64,000 bases of DNA from Eubacteriales bacterium (lineage in GTDB: Bacteria > Bacillota > Clostridia > Oscillospirales > CAG-272). Below, one piece after another: positions 1 through 8,137 of this stretch. The notes under the pieces are model-generated. The model worked only from the letters and a program-made list of their open reading frames with translations. It was not told where the DNA came from and ran no database searches. Numbering within the stretch: position 1 is the first letter of the stretch; each line of letters begins with the position of its first letter. Both the position numbers and the translations under genes were made by a program. The stretch is from contig JBGVQK010000077.1 of assembly GCA_045127455.1 (NCBI GenBank), positions 2,370-66,369 of the forward strand. The letters run 5' to 3'.

Positions 1-321
1 GAGCAAGGGCTTGCCTGCCGCTTTGGCGGCAAGATATTCGGGGTTATCCGCCCCAATGGCAACCGTGTAGACCACGGCATCGTAATCTTTGATATTTTTG
101 GCATCGTGAGAGGCGAAAACGGGAATGCCCATTTTGCACAGATGCGCGGTTTGTGCATTTTGTGAGCGATCCGAACCACCGACAGAGTAGCCGAGCGAGA
201 GCGAGATCTGCGCCAATGCCGACATACTGATGCCACCAATTCCAATAAAGAAAATACTGTGGCAGTCCTTTAGCATCTCGCCAATGCGCGCGTGCCCGTA
301 GTGTGTATTTTCTAAAGCCAT
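1..321 (-). CDS. murC: UDP-N-acetylmuramate--L-alanine ligase, N-terminal 107 codons (gene continues beyond window start)
   Basis: Own translation of the frame starting at ATG (complement of 319-321). It is absent from the ORF track because there is no stop in the window. Sequence: MALENTHYGHARIGEMLKDCHSIFFIGIGGISMSALAQISLSLGYSVGGSDRSQ... The FIGIGGxxMSALA...GSD motif is the MurC N-terminal nucleotide-binding signature. Confidence 0.8.
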   Translation of the reverse strand, partial: MALENTHYGHARIGEMLKDCHSIFFIGIGGISMSALAQISLSLGYSVGGSDRSQNAQTAHLCKMGIPVFASHDAKNIKDYDAVVYTVAIGADNPEYLAAKAAGKPLL

Positions 322-517
322 TTTTCGCTCTCCTTTCTAAGCACAACTGCGTGCCCTAATGTTTTATATGACAAATCCTGATATTTTGTGACAAAAACGC
401 CTTTTTTTGCAAAAACATTCGCGTGTCTTTCACAAAAACATACGACTTTGTTTGAATAACAATCACAAAAATGCTGTATAATAATGACAACAGTAAAGAC
501 CAACGGAGGATTTACAA

Positions 518-823
518 ATGCAAATTACAGATATTAAGGTTAGAAAATTGTTTGATGAAGGCCCCATGAAGGCAATCGTTTCGGTTACGTTTGACGGTCA
601 GCTTGCCGTTCACGACGTAAAGGTCATTTATGCACGTGAAAAGTATTTTATTGTAATGCCCAGCCGTAAAAACCCCGATGATACCTACCGTGACATCGTA
701 CATCCCATTAACGCACAGTTCCGTGGGATGCTGGAGTCCAGCGTTATCAGCGCTTACGAGGCAGCTGTTGCAGAGGCTGCAGAAAACGCAGAGACTGCCC
801 AAGAGGTTGGCGAACCCGTATAA
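518..823 (+). CDS. spoVG: Septation/sporulation regulator SpoVG
   Basis: MQITDIKVRKL...MKAIVSVTFDGQLAVHDVKVI...FIVMPSRK..D..YRDIVHPIN matches the conserved SpoVG core. RBS GGAGGA lies 8 nt upstream. Confidence 0.95.
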   Translation: MQITDIKVRKLFDEGPMKAIVSVTFDGQLAVHDVKVIYAREKYFIVMPSRKNPDDTYRDIVHPINAQFRGMLESSVISAYEAAVAEAAENAETAQEVGEPV

Positions 824-864
824 AAACACAAACGAAAAAGACTGCTTTGGCGGTCTTTTTTGTT

Positions 865-1383
865 TTATAGTCTGCCGTTGGCGAAAAGAACGGTATCGCC
901 GCGCAAGGTCAGCGTGCCAAAGGAGTACCCTTCCCCGTCCTCATTGTAGCCAATGCTGCCGGGATTGAAAAGATACATCAGGCGAGAGAGCACGGTTTTG
1001 CCGATTTGCGTGCCCGCGGCAACGGTCTCAAGGGTCGGCTTGTGCGTGTGCCCAAAAAGGACGATATCTGCGCCAACGTCTGCCGCGTGCGCGATGAGAG
1101 CTCCCAGACCCCCTTTTACGCCCCACTCGTGACCGTGGCAAAGGAGGATGGTGTGCCCTTCGAGGTATAAAAGCCGCTCGGTTCTGTCGGCAAAATCGGA
1201 CGAGGACCAATCGCAGTTACCGCGCACTGCCCAAAGAGGGACGTCGCAGAGGAAAATGCGATCGAGGTCGCGCGCACCGTCGCCCAAAAAGAGAACGGCA
1301 TCAGGGGCTTTGACCTGCCGCTCGAGCGCGACTTGGATATTTTCGGCACGACCGTGCGAATCCGAAAAGATCAAAAGCTCCAT
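865..1383 (-). CDS. YfcE/MJ0936-family metallophosphoesterase
   Basis: All calcineurin-type motifs are present: FSDSHG, LGDGARD, RGNCD, CHGH, FGHTH. Confidence 0.85.
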   Translation of the reverse strand: MELLIFSDSHGRAENIQVALERQVKAPDAVLFLGDGARDLDRIFLCDVPLWAVRGNCDWSSSDFADRTERLLYLEGHTILLCHGHEWGVKGGLGALIAHAADVGADIVLFGHTHKPTLETVAAGTQIGKTVLSRLMYLFNPGSIGYNEDGEGYSFGTLTLRGDTVLFANGRL

Positions 1384-1423
1384 AACGACCTCCCAAAAGC
1401 ATTCCTTACATACTATCTATTAT

Positions 1424-1452
1424 ATTATAGCACGCCACACCGCATTTGTCTA
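1424..1452 (-). promoter_or_regulatory. Sigma-A type promoter for the YfcE-like gene
   Basis: Minus strand reads TAGACA-17 nt-TATAAT, with TGC immediately upstream of the -10 (extended -10). About 40 nt upstream of ATG 1383. Confidence 0.55.
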
Positions 1453-1463
1453 CACAAAAGAGA

Positions 1464-1502
1464 GAAAAAAGGCGGAAAATGCTTTGCATTTCCGCCTTTT
1501 TC
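1464..1502 (-). terminator. Intrinsic terminator (bidirectional geometry)
   Basis: GGCGGAAAATGC-TTT-GCATTTCCGCC stem flanked by an A-run and a T-run. It ends the minus-strand transcript coming from the DUF1292 gene / 1503-1725 region. Confidence 0.75.
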
Positions 1503-1730
1503 TTAAAATCCCCGCCGAGCCGTGTGGTCGGGCAGTCGGAACCCTGTAGTTCAGGGCGGTGTCCGCGGGACGGCTTTACTGCTCCCAACGTCCGTTATGC
1601 TGCCGAGACAAGTCAATCGATGCACGCATACGGGAGGTCTGCAAACCACCGTCTGCCTTAGACTCCTTTAATCTCTTGTAGGTTCACAAATCACCGAACC
1701 ATCACGCACTAAGCAGGTTATAAATCTTTT

Positions 1731-2054
1731 TTAGTTGCCGTCGTAGTCGATCTCTTCGGAGAACATATCGTCAAATACGTCGGCTACGTTGTCGAACTCA
1801 TCGTCGTCGTCAACGCTAACAAGGGTATCCTCACCGTTCTCATCCTTTTCCAGACGGAGAACTACGTACTCGCAAAAGCCGCCGTCGTTTTGTGCTGCGT
1901 TCTCTGCTGCCTCTGCGGGAATCATTGCAAAGTAGACATTATCGTTCAGGGTAATTTCACCGATCTTTTCAAATTCGATCTCGCTGCCGTCTTCATCAAC
2001 CAGCGTGAAAAATTCGCGTTCGTTTTCGTTCATGTTTTTATCCTCTTTTTTCAA
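1731..2054 (-). CDS. DUF1292 family acidic protein
   Basis: The pattern ...FTLVDEDGSEIEFEKIGEITLNDNVYFAM...YVVLRLEKDENGEDTLVSVDDDDEFDNV is the typical DUF1292 pattern as I recall it. Confidence 0.8.
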   Translation of the reverse strand: MKKEDKNMNENEREFFTLVDEDGSEIEFEKIGEITLNDNVYFAMIPAEAAENAAQNDGGFCEYVVLRLEKDENGEDTLVSVDDDDEFDNVADVFDDMFSEEIDYDGN

Positions 2055-2108
2055 TAATAGTATGTGTCATTATTGTACACGAAATTCGCGCACTTGTCAA
2101 GTGCTTTT

Positions 2109-3248
2109 TTATTTTTGCGATGCAAAATCCAAAACATCGGAGAGAATGGCGTTGCTGACAAGCATCCCCTCGGGGGTAAGAAAATATCTGCCTGCCTCGC
2201 ATCGAACTAGCCCCGACGAGACATAAGGTGCAAGCTTTTTGCCATACGCCCCCTCAAACGAGATGCCAAAACGGCTCTCAAAAGCGGCTGCGTCCACGCC
2301 CTCGCACAGGCGGAAGCGGAGCATCACGTACTCGTTTATGCGCTCGGCTTTATCGGGAACGCTTCTCTCCTCGGTAATATCGCGGCCCGCGATATAAGCC
2401 TCGATGTCGCGCGAGTTGCCAAAGCGCGCACCGCCAAAATCGGAGTATGCAGCAACGCCAAAGCCGAGATATTGGTCACAGTTCCAATATTTGAGATTGT
2501 GGCGGGACTCGTACCCTGCGCGTGCAAAATTGCTGATTTCGTACTGCGCGTATCCCTTTCCTGCCAAAAAGGCAATGCCCTCAAGATACATTCGGCGTGC
2601 GGCTTCTTCATCGGGCAGCGAGAGCGTTGCCCGCTTGCGCGCAAAAGGCGTGCCCGTCTCGATGATGAGGTCGTAGGAAGAGATATGCTCGGGGCCAAGT
2701 GCCAAAACCATCTCAAGCGTCTTTTGGCGGCTCTCGGGGGTTTGGAACGGAATACCCGACATAACGTCCACGCTGATGTTATCAAATCCCGCCGCGCGTG
2801 CATCTGCAAAGCAAGCGGCAAAGATTTCAAAATTGTGCAGACGTCCAAGCGCTTTAAGCTCGTTTTCGTGCGCGCTCTGCAGCCCTATGCTGAGACGGTT
2901 GATGCCCGCCGCGCGCATACGCGCAAAAAGCTCACGCTCGCCCGTAACGGGGTTGCATTCGGCAGTGATCTCGGCATCGGGAGAAACGTTGTAATACTTG
3001 TAAATTTCGCCCATCAGCTCCTTTAAGAGATACGCAGGGAGCGTTGTGGGCGTTCCGCCGCCGAGAAAAACGGTGTCTACCACATACTCGCGGCAAGCGG
3101 GAGCGTGCGCCCTCAAATCGCGAAAAAGAGCCGAGACGTACTCCGCCATTTTTTCTTCATCCTGGCGCGGAAAGGAGCAAAAATCGCAATATAGGCATTT
3201 AGAGCGGCAGAACGGAATGTGAATGTAAAGTCCTAACGTTTTCATCAC
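2109..3248 (-). CDS. hemW: Radical SAM heme chaperone HemW (HemN-like, oxygen-independent coproporphyrinogen oxidase family)
   Basis: LYIHIPFCRSKCLYCDFCS contains the CxxxCxxC radical-SAM motif. GGGTPT motif present. Length 379 aa. Confidence 0.9.
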   Translation of the reverse strand: MMKTLGLYIHIPFCRSKCLYCDFCSFPRQDEEKMAEYVSALFRDLRAHAPACREYVVDTVFLGGGTPTTLPAYLLKELMGEIYKYYNVSPDAEITAECNPVTGERELFARMRAAGINRLSIGLQSAHENELKALGRLHNFEIFAACFADARAAGFDNISVDVMSGIPFQTPESRQKTLEMVLALGPEHISSYDLIIETGTPFARKRATLSLPDEEAARRMYLEGIAFLAGKGYAQYEISNFARAGYESRHNLKYWNCDQYLGFGVAAYSDFGGARFGNSRDIEAYIAGRDITEERSVPDKAERINEYVMLRFRLCEGVDAAAFESRFGISFEGAYGKKLAPYVSSGLVRCEAGRYFLTPEGMLVSNAILSDVLDFASQK

Positions 3249-3250
3249 AG

Positions 3251-5785
3251 TTACCTCCGTTCTTCGTGGCAGACCAAATACAAGATCTGATACTTTTTGG
3301 CAAGCGCCGCAAGCAGCTGCTTTGCCGCACTCAGACGACGCGCATCAAGATTGACGAAGGGATCGTCGAGGATGATAGGCGGCTTTTCTCCCTCAGCATA
3401 CAGTGCCTCGGCAAGAGAAAGGCGCACGCAAAGCTGCACGGCATCGCGCCAGCCTTGACTCAAGGATTCGGGGTGCTGGGTCTTGCCGCCCTCGCGGAGC
3501 TTGACCTTAAACGAGGTATCCATCACCGATTCGGGAGCAGCTCCATCCATTAAGGTGTTAAGCAAATTGGAAAAGCTCGTTTGCATATCGGCAAGATAGC
3601 GTGTCGAAAGCCCCGATTTTGCCTCTTCCAAAAACTGTGCGGTGTTGGCAATGGTCGTGCTATTGGCACGGGCTTGAACAAGCTCCTCCTCAAGTGCGCG
3701 GACCGTTGCCTCTACCTCGGGCAAGCGTTCCACGTCGGTCTCAAGTCGACCAATGTGGCTCTTCAGCTCTGCTTGACGGTTTTGTGCCTCGGTCACCTCC
3801 CTTTGCAATGCTCGCTCACGGGCGGTCAATGCCTCAACGTCGGGAAGTGGCGCCGTCGGCTCTTGCGTATTTGCAAGTCCTTTTTCGCTGACAAAGCGTG
3901 AAAGCTCTGCGCGCAGCTCGGGAATGCGACGGGTAAGGCGACGGTATTCGTTTTCCCATTCTTGCACGCTTGCAAGGCACTCCGATGGCTTCATTGTGCC
4001 GTCGGGGTCAAAGTGGCGTAAGAAGGGGGTCAGCTCTGCTTGCAGGCGTTTTTGCTCTGCAAGTGCCGCATCACGTCGACGCGCACGTTGCTCTGCCTCC
4101 AGCGCGGAGCGACCAATGCGAGAAAGGTCGCGGCGGAGCGCCTCGATATCGTCACGGTAATCGTTTTTGGGGGGCAGGATGATATTCCACGTGCGGAATT
4201 TCTCCTGCAAGCCACGCAACAGCTGCTGCTTTTGAGCGCGCAGAGCCCCAAGTGCCTTGAGGCGTTTTTGCTCGGCGGCTTCTCCCTCGCGCCATTGGCG
4301 AGATAGAAGCGAAAGCTCGGTTAAAGCATCACGCAAGTCGCCCTCGGTAGAAATACCATAGCAAGAGAGCATCTCGCGGGCGGCGGAAAGTGCAGAGTGC
4401 AGAGTGCAGGGTGCAGAGTTATCAGGTGTGCTTTTTTCTTTGCGTAAGAACAAAACCAATGAGAGGATGCCCAAAACAGTCGCGATGGCAAACAATATTG
4501 GCGTGGTGAAAAATGCGACAATCAAAGCTACGGCTGCAAGAACCGAGCATACGATGGCAGGTATGCGCTTTGTGCTTCCCTTTTGCGCTTTTTTTGCACC
4601 GCGTGTGCTTTCCTCGGCCGCAAGTGCATCCAAGAGTGCTTTGATCTCTGCCTCTGCGGGCGGTGCTTTGTGTGCAAAGTAACGCGCCGAGGGGCTTTGG
4701 GGGGCGGTGCTCAAGCTCGCCTCGCGGTGGGCAAGATTTTGCAGCTCGAGGTTTGAGGCAAGCATTGCCGCAAGATCCTCTTTTGTGGGAAGCGTTCCCG
4801 CAAAGTCGGGATTCAGAATTTCATATTTTTCGGTTTGCGAGCTGATGGATGCGATCTCGTTTGCGCGTGCCCGCGCTTCGCGAATGCCGTTCAGCAGCTG
4901 TCGCTTCGCTTCCATTTCCTCGGGTGTGGGATGCTTTCCCCTCATACGGACGTCAAGAGAGCGTGCCGATTCCTCCAGTGCGGAAAGCTCCTTTTGCATC
5001 CGTTCCTTTTGCGCCTGCAATGCGGCTTTTTCGCGAACGGTACCCGCATGGCGCAATGCCGCACGCACTTCTTCAATGGATGCGGTCGTCTCGCGTATGC
5101 GTTCGGTGAGCGAGGCAAGCTCATCTTCCTTTTGGTGCATCATTTCCTCGGAGCGGCAAAGCTGCTCGATCTGTGCACGCAGGGATGCGATCTCGCGTTC
5201 GATATCGGCAATGCGACCTCTCTCGCCCGTCATTTTATAATATTTTCTACGTTTTTCAAGTGCCGTCATAGCATCGTCAAAGCTACCGATATCGTCGACG
5301 TCGTCAAGCAGGTCACCAAGCTTTGCGGTGATGCTATTGTTATCTCCCTTGGCGATGATGGCGTGCTGAGAAAGATAGACCGTGCGCGCAAAACCGTCGG
5401 CATCAATGCCAAACAGCTCCTCTCCAATGCGAGAGGAATAACGGTGACTTTCGCAGTTGGTGGCAAGATCGTATAGCGTAAAGCTATCGCCGCTCTCCTT
5501 TGCGCCAAAGAAGCGCTCAATGCGGTATTTGCCCGTAGCGGTGGAAAACTCAAGGCTACCACCGTACGCGCCGCCCTGCCAAGGCATATATTTTTTGCGT
5601 TCGTTTTCGTCAAGCGATTGCTTGCTGCTTGCAGGCATACCGTAAAGCATTGCCTTGATAAATGCCGCCAGGGTGCTCTTGCCCCAGCCGTTTTCCTCAA
5701 GTAGAACATTAAGCCCTGCCTCAAAGGAAAAATCAAAGCTTTGTAGCTTGCCGAAATTCTCTATGTGTAATCTTAAGAGTTTCAT
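3251..5785 (-). CDS. YhaN/SbcE-like SMC-type AAA ATPase with central transmembrane hairpin
   Basis: Start moved to MKLLRLHIENFGKL (ATGA overlap with the upstream stop at 5782-5785). Walker A is ENGWGKST. Long coiled-coil-like Q/E/R/L-rich arms. Two hydrophobic helices (IPAIVCSVLAAVALIVAFFTTPILFAIATVLGILSLVLFL). C-terminal Walker B is PPIILDDPFVNLD. Confidence 0.75.
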   Translation of the reverse strand: MKLLRLHIENFGKLQSFDFSFEAGLNVLLEENGWGKSTLAAFIKAMLYGMPASSKQSLDENERKKYMPWQGGAYGGSLEFSTATGKYRIERFFGAKESGDSFTLYDLATNCESHRYSSRIGEELFGIDADGFARTVYLSQHAIIAKGDNNSITAKLGDLLDDVDDIGSFDDAMTALEKRRKYYKMTGERGRIADIEREIASLRAQIEQLCRSEEMMHQKEDELASLTERIRETTASIEEVRAALRHAGTVREKAALQAQKERMQKELSALEESARSLDVRMRGKHPTPEEMEAKRQLLNGIREARARANEIASISSQTEKYEILNPDFAGTLPTKEDLAAMLASNLELQNLAHREASLSTAPQSPSARYFAHKAPPAEAEIKALLDALAAEESTRGAKKAQKGSTKRIPAIVCSVLAAVALIVAFFTTPILFAIATVLGILSLVLFLRKEKSTPDNSAPCTLHSALSAAREMLSCYGISTEGDLRDALTELSLLSRQWREGEAAEQKRLKALGALRAQKQQLLRGLQEKFRTWNIILPPKNDYRDDIEALRRDLSRIGRSALEAEQRARRRDAALAEQKRLQAELTPFLRHFDPDGTMKPSECLASVQEWENEYRRLTRRIPELRAELSRFVSEKGLANTQEPTAPLPDVEALTARERALQREVTEAQNRQAELKSHIGRLETDVERLPEVEATVRALEEELVQARANSTTIANTAQFLEEAKSGLSTRYLADMQTSFSNLLNTLMDGAAPESVMDTSFKVKLREGGKTQHPESLSQGWRDAVQLCVRLSLAEALYAEGEKPPIILDDPFVNLDARRLSAAKQLLAALAKKYQILYLVCHEERR
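4390..4417 (-). repeat. Heptanucleotide tandem repeat x4 inside the yhaN-like CDS
   Basis: Plus strand reads GTGCAGA GTGCAGA GTGCAGG GTGCAGA. The coding strand reads TCTGCAC/CCTGCAC units encoding ..APCTLHSALS... Confidence 0.9.
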
Positions 5786-6846
5786 AAGCCAAGCTCCTCT
5801 CCCGACAATGCGCGAAATCCGCAAGCAATGACGCGTTCTTTTTCGTTTTCAGAGAGCGAGGAAGCCATTACGCGACGCACGAATTCACCCTTGAGCGAAA
5901 TATCGTGGGCATAATCGGCAGCGTTGATGGAAAGGCGGGTCTCATCCTTGACTTTTGCAAAATAGAATTTTTCGGCAAGTACGCCGCGCAGATGGCTCAA
6001 ATCGAGCATTGCCTCGGCAGAGCGTGCGCCCGTAAGGATGACCTTGACCATATCCTTTGCCGCAATATCGGCAACAGAGTCGAGCATTCTTTGCTCTGCG
6101 TCAAGCTCCGAGGTAAAACCCGTAACGTCACACTCTACGGTGTGGAGCGTGCGCATGGCAAACGGAACAAAGCGGTGCGAAACACGACCGCCCTCAACCT
6201 CAAGCAGCACGTAGCCCTTGGTGCCGCATTCGTCAAAGCCGCGCCCCTCAAGGCACCCGCTATAAGCGGCAACGCCACGCGCATCAAGGCGCAGAACGCG
6301 ATGCTCGTGAATGTGACCAAGTGCCGCGTAGTCGATATTTTTATTCTTGAATCTGCCAAGGTGGATAATATCCTCACCCGCCACGCCCGCACTTTTGCGT
6401 TCCTGACCGTGCAAAAGCAGAATGTTGACATCCTCGGGGTTCAGGGAAAGCGTGTCGGCATCAGGGACTGCCGCGCCCGTAATGGCAATGTTGCCACGGC
6501 GATAGGTAGACCACAGCTTGCCAAAGGTGTAAAGATTTGCAGGCAGCTGATTGGAATTTGCAAGTGCACTGCCCTTATCGTGGTTGCCAGAAAGATAATA
6601 AAAATCGATCATCGGGTAGGATGCGATCAGGTCAAGCACGTAATTTTCGGTGCTCTTGGTAACGCGCGCGCCATCAAACAGGTCGCCTGCAATAAGGATC
6701 GCTTCGACGCCCTCATCGGCAGCTGCACGCACCATACGAGAGAAGGTGGAGCGAATCTCCAGCTTGCGTTCTCTTGCTTTATCAGCCGACAAATTTGTTT
6801 CCATTGGTGAATCCAAGTGAATGTCGGCACAGTGTATTAACTTCAT
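5782..6846 (-). CDS. YhaO/SbcD-like DNA repair metallophosphoesterase
   Basis: Motifs HCADIHLD, AGDLFD, SGNHD, LLLHG, GHIHE. Translationally coupled to the downstream SMC-like ATPase. Confidence 0.85.
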   Translation of the reverse strand: MKLIHCADIHLDSPMETNLSADKARERKLEIRSTFSRMVRAAADEGVEAILIAGDLFDGARVTKSTENYVLDLIASYPMIDFYYLSGNHDKGSALANSNQLPANLYTFGKLWSTYRRGNIAITGAAVPDADTLSLNPEDVNILLLHGQERKSAGVAGEDIIHLGRFKNKNIDYAALGHIHEHRVLRLDARGVAAYSGCLEGRGFDECGTKGYVLLEVEGGRVSHRFVPFAMRTLHTVECDVTGFTSELDAEQRMLDSVADIAAKDMVKVILTGARSAEAMLDLSHLRGVLAEKFYFAKVKDETRLSINAADYAHDISLKGEFVRRVMASSLSENEKERVIACGFRALSGEELGL

Positions 6847-6882
6847 AAGTTCGCTCCTTTCTTATAGACTTTTAGGAAGATT

Positions 6883-6920
6883 GCGGGAAAACCTTTTTTG
6901 AGAAAAAAGCGTTTTCCCGC
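6883..6920 (-). terminator. Long near-perfect hairpin without U-tract (possible terminator or processing/stability element)
   Basis: GCGGGAAAAC(G)CTTTTTT-CTC-AAAAAAGGTTTTCCCGC forms a roughly 17-bp stem. It lies between the NUDIX stop (7011) and the yhaO-like start (6846). No T-run follows on either strand. Confidence 0.35.
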
Positions 6921-7010
6921 ACCCTTTCCAAAAAACTCTCTAACAAATGACTTTCATAATCGGGAATGTTCGCCAACGGTTTCCTTGTTTTGTTTTAAGC
7001 AATCGTGGTA

Positions 7011-7475
7011 TTAAAGGATCTTACCGTTCAGCACGGCTTCGGTAAGCTCATCTCCTTGGTAGGTGAGCTTGAGGGAGAAGAAGGGTGCGTCCTCTTCAAG
7101 CAGCTTCAAAAAGATGCGATCGCCCTGCCACAGGGTCAGGTCAAACAGCTTTTGCTTTTTGATCCACGCAAGCTCGCCCTCATCGCACTCGCGTGCCTCT
7201 CCCGTCCAGCCGGATACGGTAAAGAGGTGCATGTATTGAGGCTCGTAAATATCGGAAACAAAGGTCACGATGCCGCGGTAGCGGTAATCGGTAACCGTAA
7301 ATCCCGTTTCTTCAAAAATCTCGCGGCGCATGCAGTCCTCGGGGCTTTCGTTCGCCTCGAACTTGCCGCCAACGCCTATCCATTTATCGTGGTTTTCGTC
7401 GTTTTCTTTTTTTGTGCGGTGGAGCATCAGATATTCGTCACCGCGTTCAAGATAACAAAGGGTTGTCTGCTTCAT
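7011..7475 (-). CDS. NUDIX hydrolase (MutT/8-oxo-dGTPase-like)
   Basis: Nudix box GGKFEANESPEDCMRREIFEETG fits GX5EX7REUXEEXGU. Confidence 0.85.
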   Translation of the reverse strand: MKQTTLCYLERGDEYLMLHRTKKENDENHDKWIGVGGKFEANESPEDCMRREIFEETGFTVTDYRYRGIVTFVSDIYEPQYMHLFTVSGWTGEARECDEGELAWIKKQKLFDLTLWQGDRIFLKLLEEDAPFFSLKLTYQGDELTEAVLNGKIL

Positions 7476-8137
7476 ATCCGCTCTTCCCCCTGTCTCTTTA
7501 CTTGTGCGCCCGATTTGTAAATGCGGAACATATCAAGATGCGCTTCGTTTTGCATGGGCAGCAAAAGAATGAACACGACCGCGTTGACAACAGCAAAGAT
7601 GAGCACAAGGATCCAATCCGCCAAAAAGAAATTGTAAAGGCGAATATTCATGCCCTGCCATTGGTAAAGCCAAAGCATCAGTTGCGGAAAGAGTGCCGAG
7701 AAAAGCGGCAGAAGCGGCATTAAGAGATAGGTTGCGCGATTGGGGCAGATCAAATGCAAGATGCGCTTTGTGCGGTTTGCAATGCGCGTGGTAGGCTCAA
7801 AGGAGAATGCCACGATAGAGCAAACGGTGATCATCGCCACGACCAATGCATAAACGATGGGCAAGATCCAAAACAACGCGCTAACGATTGGCAAAAGCTG
7901 CTCGAACCAAACGACCGCCTCGTTGCTCTCAATTGCGCCCGATTGCACTTGCTCATAAAAATCCCACGCGTTTTCCTGCAGCTCAAACAGGTTCATAGTG
8001 GAATACGCCTCTCCGTTATACACAAACCAAAGGTGCGGAACGGCGGCATAAACAAATAGCAAAATGCCGAAAATTGCAGGCAAAAGGTAGCAAAAATGAA
8101 TCAGCGCGCGGTGGGTGGGGTTGACGTAATGCTTCAT
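7472..8137 (-). CDS. Polytopic membrane protein, unknown function
   Basis: About 5-6 hydrophobic helices. Start and stop overlap both neighbours by 4 nt, indicating an operon. Confidence 0.55.
   Translation of the reverse strand: MKHYVNPTHRALIHFCYLLPAIFGILLFVYAAVPHLWFVYNGEAYSTMNLFELQENAWDFYEQVQSGAIESNEAVVWFEQLLPIVSALFWILPIVYALVVAMITVCSIVAFSFEPTTRIANRTKRILHLICPNRATYLLMPLLPLFSALFPQLMLWLYQWQGMNIRLYNFFLADWILVLIFAVVNAVVFILLLPMQNEAHLDMFRIYKSGAQVKRQGEERI

Noticed and set aside
44-346. ORF 44-346 (-) at the window start, and ORF 63126-63686 (+) near the window end.
   Set aside because: Both are in the wrong frames. The open-ended frames give clear MurC (ATG at 321) and SpoIIGA (ATG at 63307) sequences instead.
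1503-1725. Assignment of the structured region to SRP RNA, 6S RNA, RNase P, or a c-di-GMP-I / guanidine / ZTP riboswitch.
   Set aside because: The diagnostic motifs (GGAAGCAGC, GAGGAAAGUCC, GGUCCGAGAG, CCGCCUGGGC and others) are absent. The terminator has no competing anti-terminator, and the downstream gene has its own promoter. I report it only as an unassigned structured RNA candidate.
3251-5824. N-terminally extended ORF-track starts for several genes: 3251-5824, 14562-15626, 26060-27208, 36278-37711, 45250-47550, 54144-55817, 56275-58002, 57899-58342, 61308-62198 and 62074-63396.
   Set aside because: The extensions overlap upstream genes or promoters and lack ribosome-binding sites. Internal starts with AGGAGG-type sites reproduce family-typical N-termini, so the shorter coordinates were used.
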